Source of the DNA: Tricharina praecox
Taxonomy: Eukaryota
NCBI RefSeq assembly: GCF_024521635.1
Contig: NW_026250403.1
Span: 2,232,001 to 2,296,000 of the forward strand
Direction of reading: 5' to 3'
DNA: 64,000 nt
This document shows positions 62,584 through 64,000 of this stretch, piece by piece; position 1 is the stretch's first letter; the number at the start of each line of letters is the position of its first letter. The notes under the pieces are model-generated. The model had not been told where the DNA came from. It worked only from the letters and a program-made list of their open reading frames with translations, and made no database searches. Made by a program: the position numbers and the translations under genes.

Positions 62584-64000
62584 GCTTTCTGGTTCGATTT
62601 CGCTGGAGTGGTGTCATAGCAGACTGGACTTCTCTTCTTTCTTCCCCCATTTCTCTTCTTGTGTATACTTACTTTCTTACCCGTCTTATTGTATGTGTTG
62701 AATGATACTGGTAGCTTCGTTTTTGGGCCCTTTTGTATGTGTCTGGGCTGTAGGGTTAAGAGGGCTTTCCTGTTATATCACTTGGGTTCTTTTTGTCCTT
62801 TCATTTTGTTTTTGCATGGTAAGAGCGGAGCGGGAACTGTTGGAATGGGTATTATAAAACATGAACTGTACTTGTACTCTATCACTAGTTTTTGGTTGCC
62901 TTGTTTTTTATCTTTCTCATGCTGCTCCTTCTTGTTGGATTACACTATTCTACTGCTGCTTCTCTCTATCTGTCTCTCCCTGTCTCCGTCTCAGCATTGT
63001 ACTCGTACTCCTATCAGTCCTAGCATAGGACGCGTTGTCTTTTGACGAATCTAGAAGTGCAGTTCGACCCCTCAATTTGATCCCCCGTTTTGCCACGTTC
63101 TGTACGACACTTCCCACATTCTGGACCGCAGGCGGGGAGAGATGAGGCAGAGGAGATGAGGGACCAGTACATACCGCAGCAATAGCTCTGGCACACGAGT
63201 CACGAGGCCAAGTCCTATTGCCGAAATTCTCATGGCTGGTGGCAGTGGCGTTTTTTTACAGATCCTTTGTTTGGAACCGCCCTGGGATGGGGGTGGAAGG
63301 GGGGGAAACAACTCCCGACGGTTTGGATCCCTTTTCCACAGTATCTACACCACCCGTAACTTCGGCAATCCGTATCACCGAGTCGGTTTTCGATCTCCCT
63401 CCCCCCATCACTCCCTCAACCGACGACAGGCATCCATCCATTCATCCACTATATTTTTTTACGCGTGGGGGGAGCTGAGTAAACCACGATGAGCTCAAAA
63501 GTAGAAGACATAGACCCGCAAAGCTACCGAGGCCACGCGATCCTCGACACCGACTACTCCCAGCGAGTTCTCTTCCCCGTAGAGCCCTCATCAACCATCG
63601 GCATTCCTCCGGCGCAGTTATTTCTCCTTTCTCCAGAGCCTGATCTCCCACGGATCCACCGCGCCAGGAGTATCCAAGGCACTGAGCCATCAGAGGGCAC
63701 GTGGATTTATGAGCCACGGTTTCGCGGCTTCGTGGAATGGAGGGCAGAAGATGAAAGTTGGTTTGAGGCACGGTGCTCGACCGAGACGTTGCGAGAGGAT
63801 GGGAGCGGGGGTGGGAATGAGGAATGGCTCTCAAGAACGATTGCGATGCCGGCAATACCACCAGCGGCGCATCAGACGGGGAGGCAAAAGGCAGTGCTGG
63901 GGATGCCACACCCGGGAATACCGGTCAAGCTCCCCAGGGGATCTGGGAGTGCGGCCAGTGGAGATACTGGTACCGGCAGTCGGCTGAGAATACCTCCGCC

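Noticed and set aside
62600-64000. ORFs downstream of CDC45, such as 63442-63909 on the minus strand
   Set aside because: No ATG-led convincing frame, domain or splice pattern. The end of a gene continuing beyond the window cannot be excluded.
1-64000. CRISPR arrays, tRNA/rRNA genes, transposase or reverse transcriptase ORFs, secondary metabolite cluster
   Set aside because: No repeat-spacer arrays, cloverleafs, rRNA sequence, mobile-element proteins or PKS/NRPS backbone genes were recognised by eye.

Overview
A gene-dense 64 kb stretch of a filamentous ascomycete (Pezizomycotina) nuclear genome. It has short GT-AG introns with CTRAC-type branch sites; a Pezizomycetes origin is possible but unverified. 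I reconstructed 21 mostly housekeeping genes: a Mak31/LSM fragment, a Zn2Cys6 factor, RPS11, SPC105/KNL1, a Pil1/Lsp1 eisosome protein, a SUR7/PalI protein, DUF1769, kynurenine 3-monooxygenase, MAP1, UTP4, a small Cys-rich protein, a PhyH dioxygenase, NOP1, RPL17, OSH1/2, a RhoGAP, VAC8, kinesin-1, RAD6, a mitochondrial thiolase and CDC45. I recognised no tRNA, rRNA, CRISPR array or intact transposon. The main observations are: (1) the Pil1-family stop TGA-C is followed by 154 open in-frame codons ending in a dehydrin K-segment-like helix, implying readthrough, editing or alternative splicing; (2) long first introns with stems, some mutually exclusive, in RPS11, NOP1 and RPL17; (3) a dispersed non-coding 10-12-mer TACTCTACAT(AC) seen at least 7 times; (4) two required GC-AG introns; (5) a PNW peptide repeat array in the RhoGAP. 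Exon boundaries were read by eye and protein identities are from recalled motifs, not database searches.
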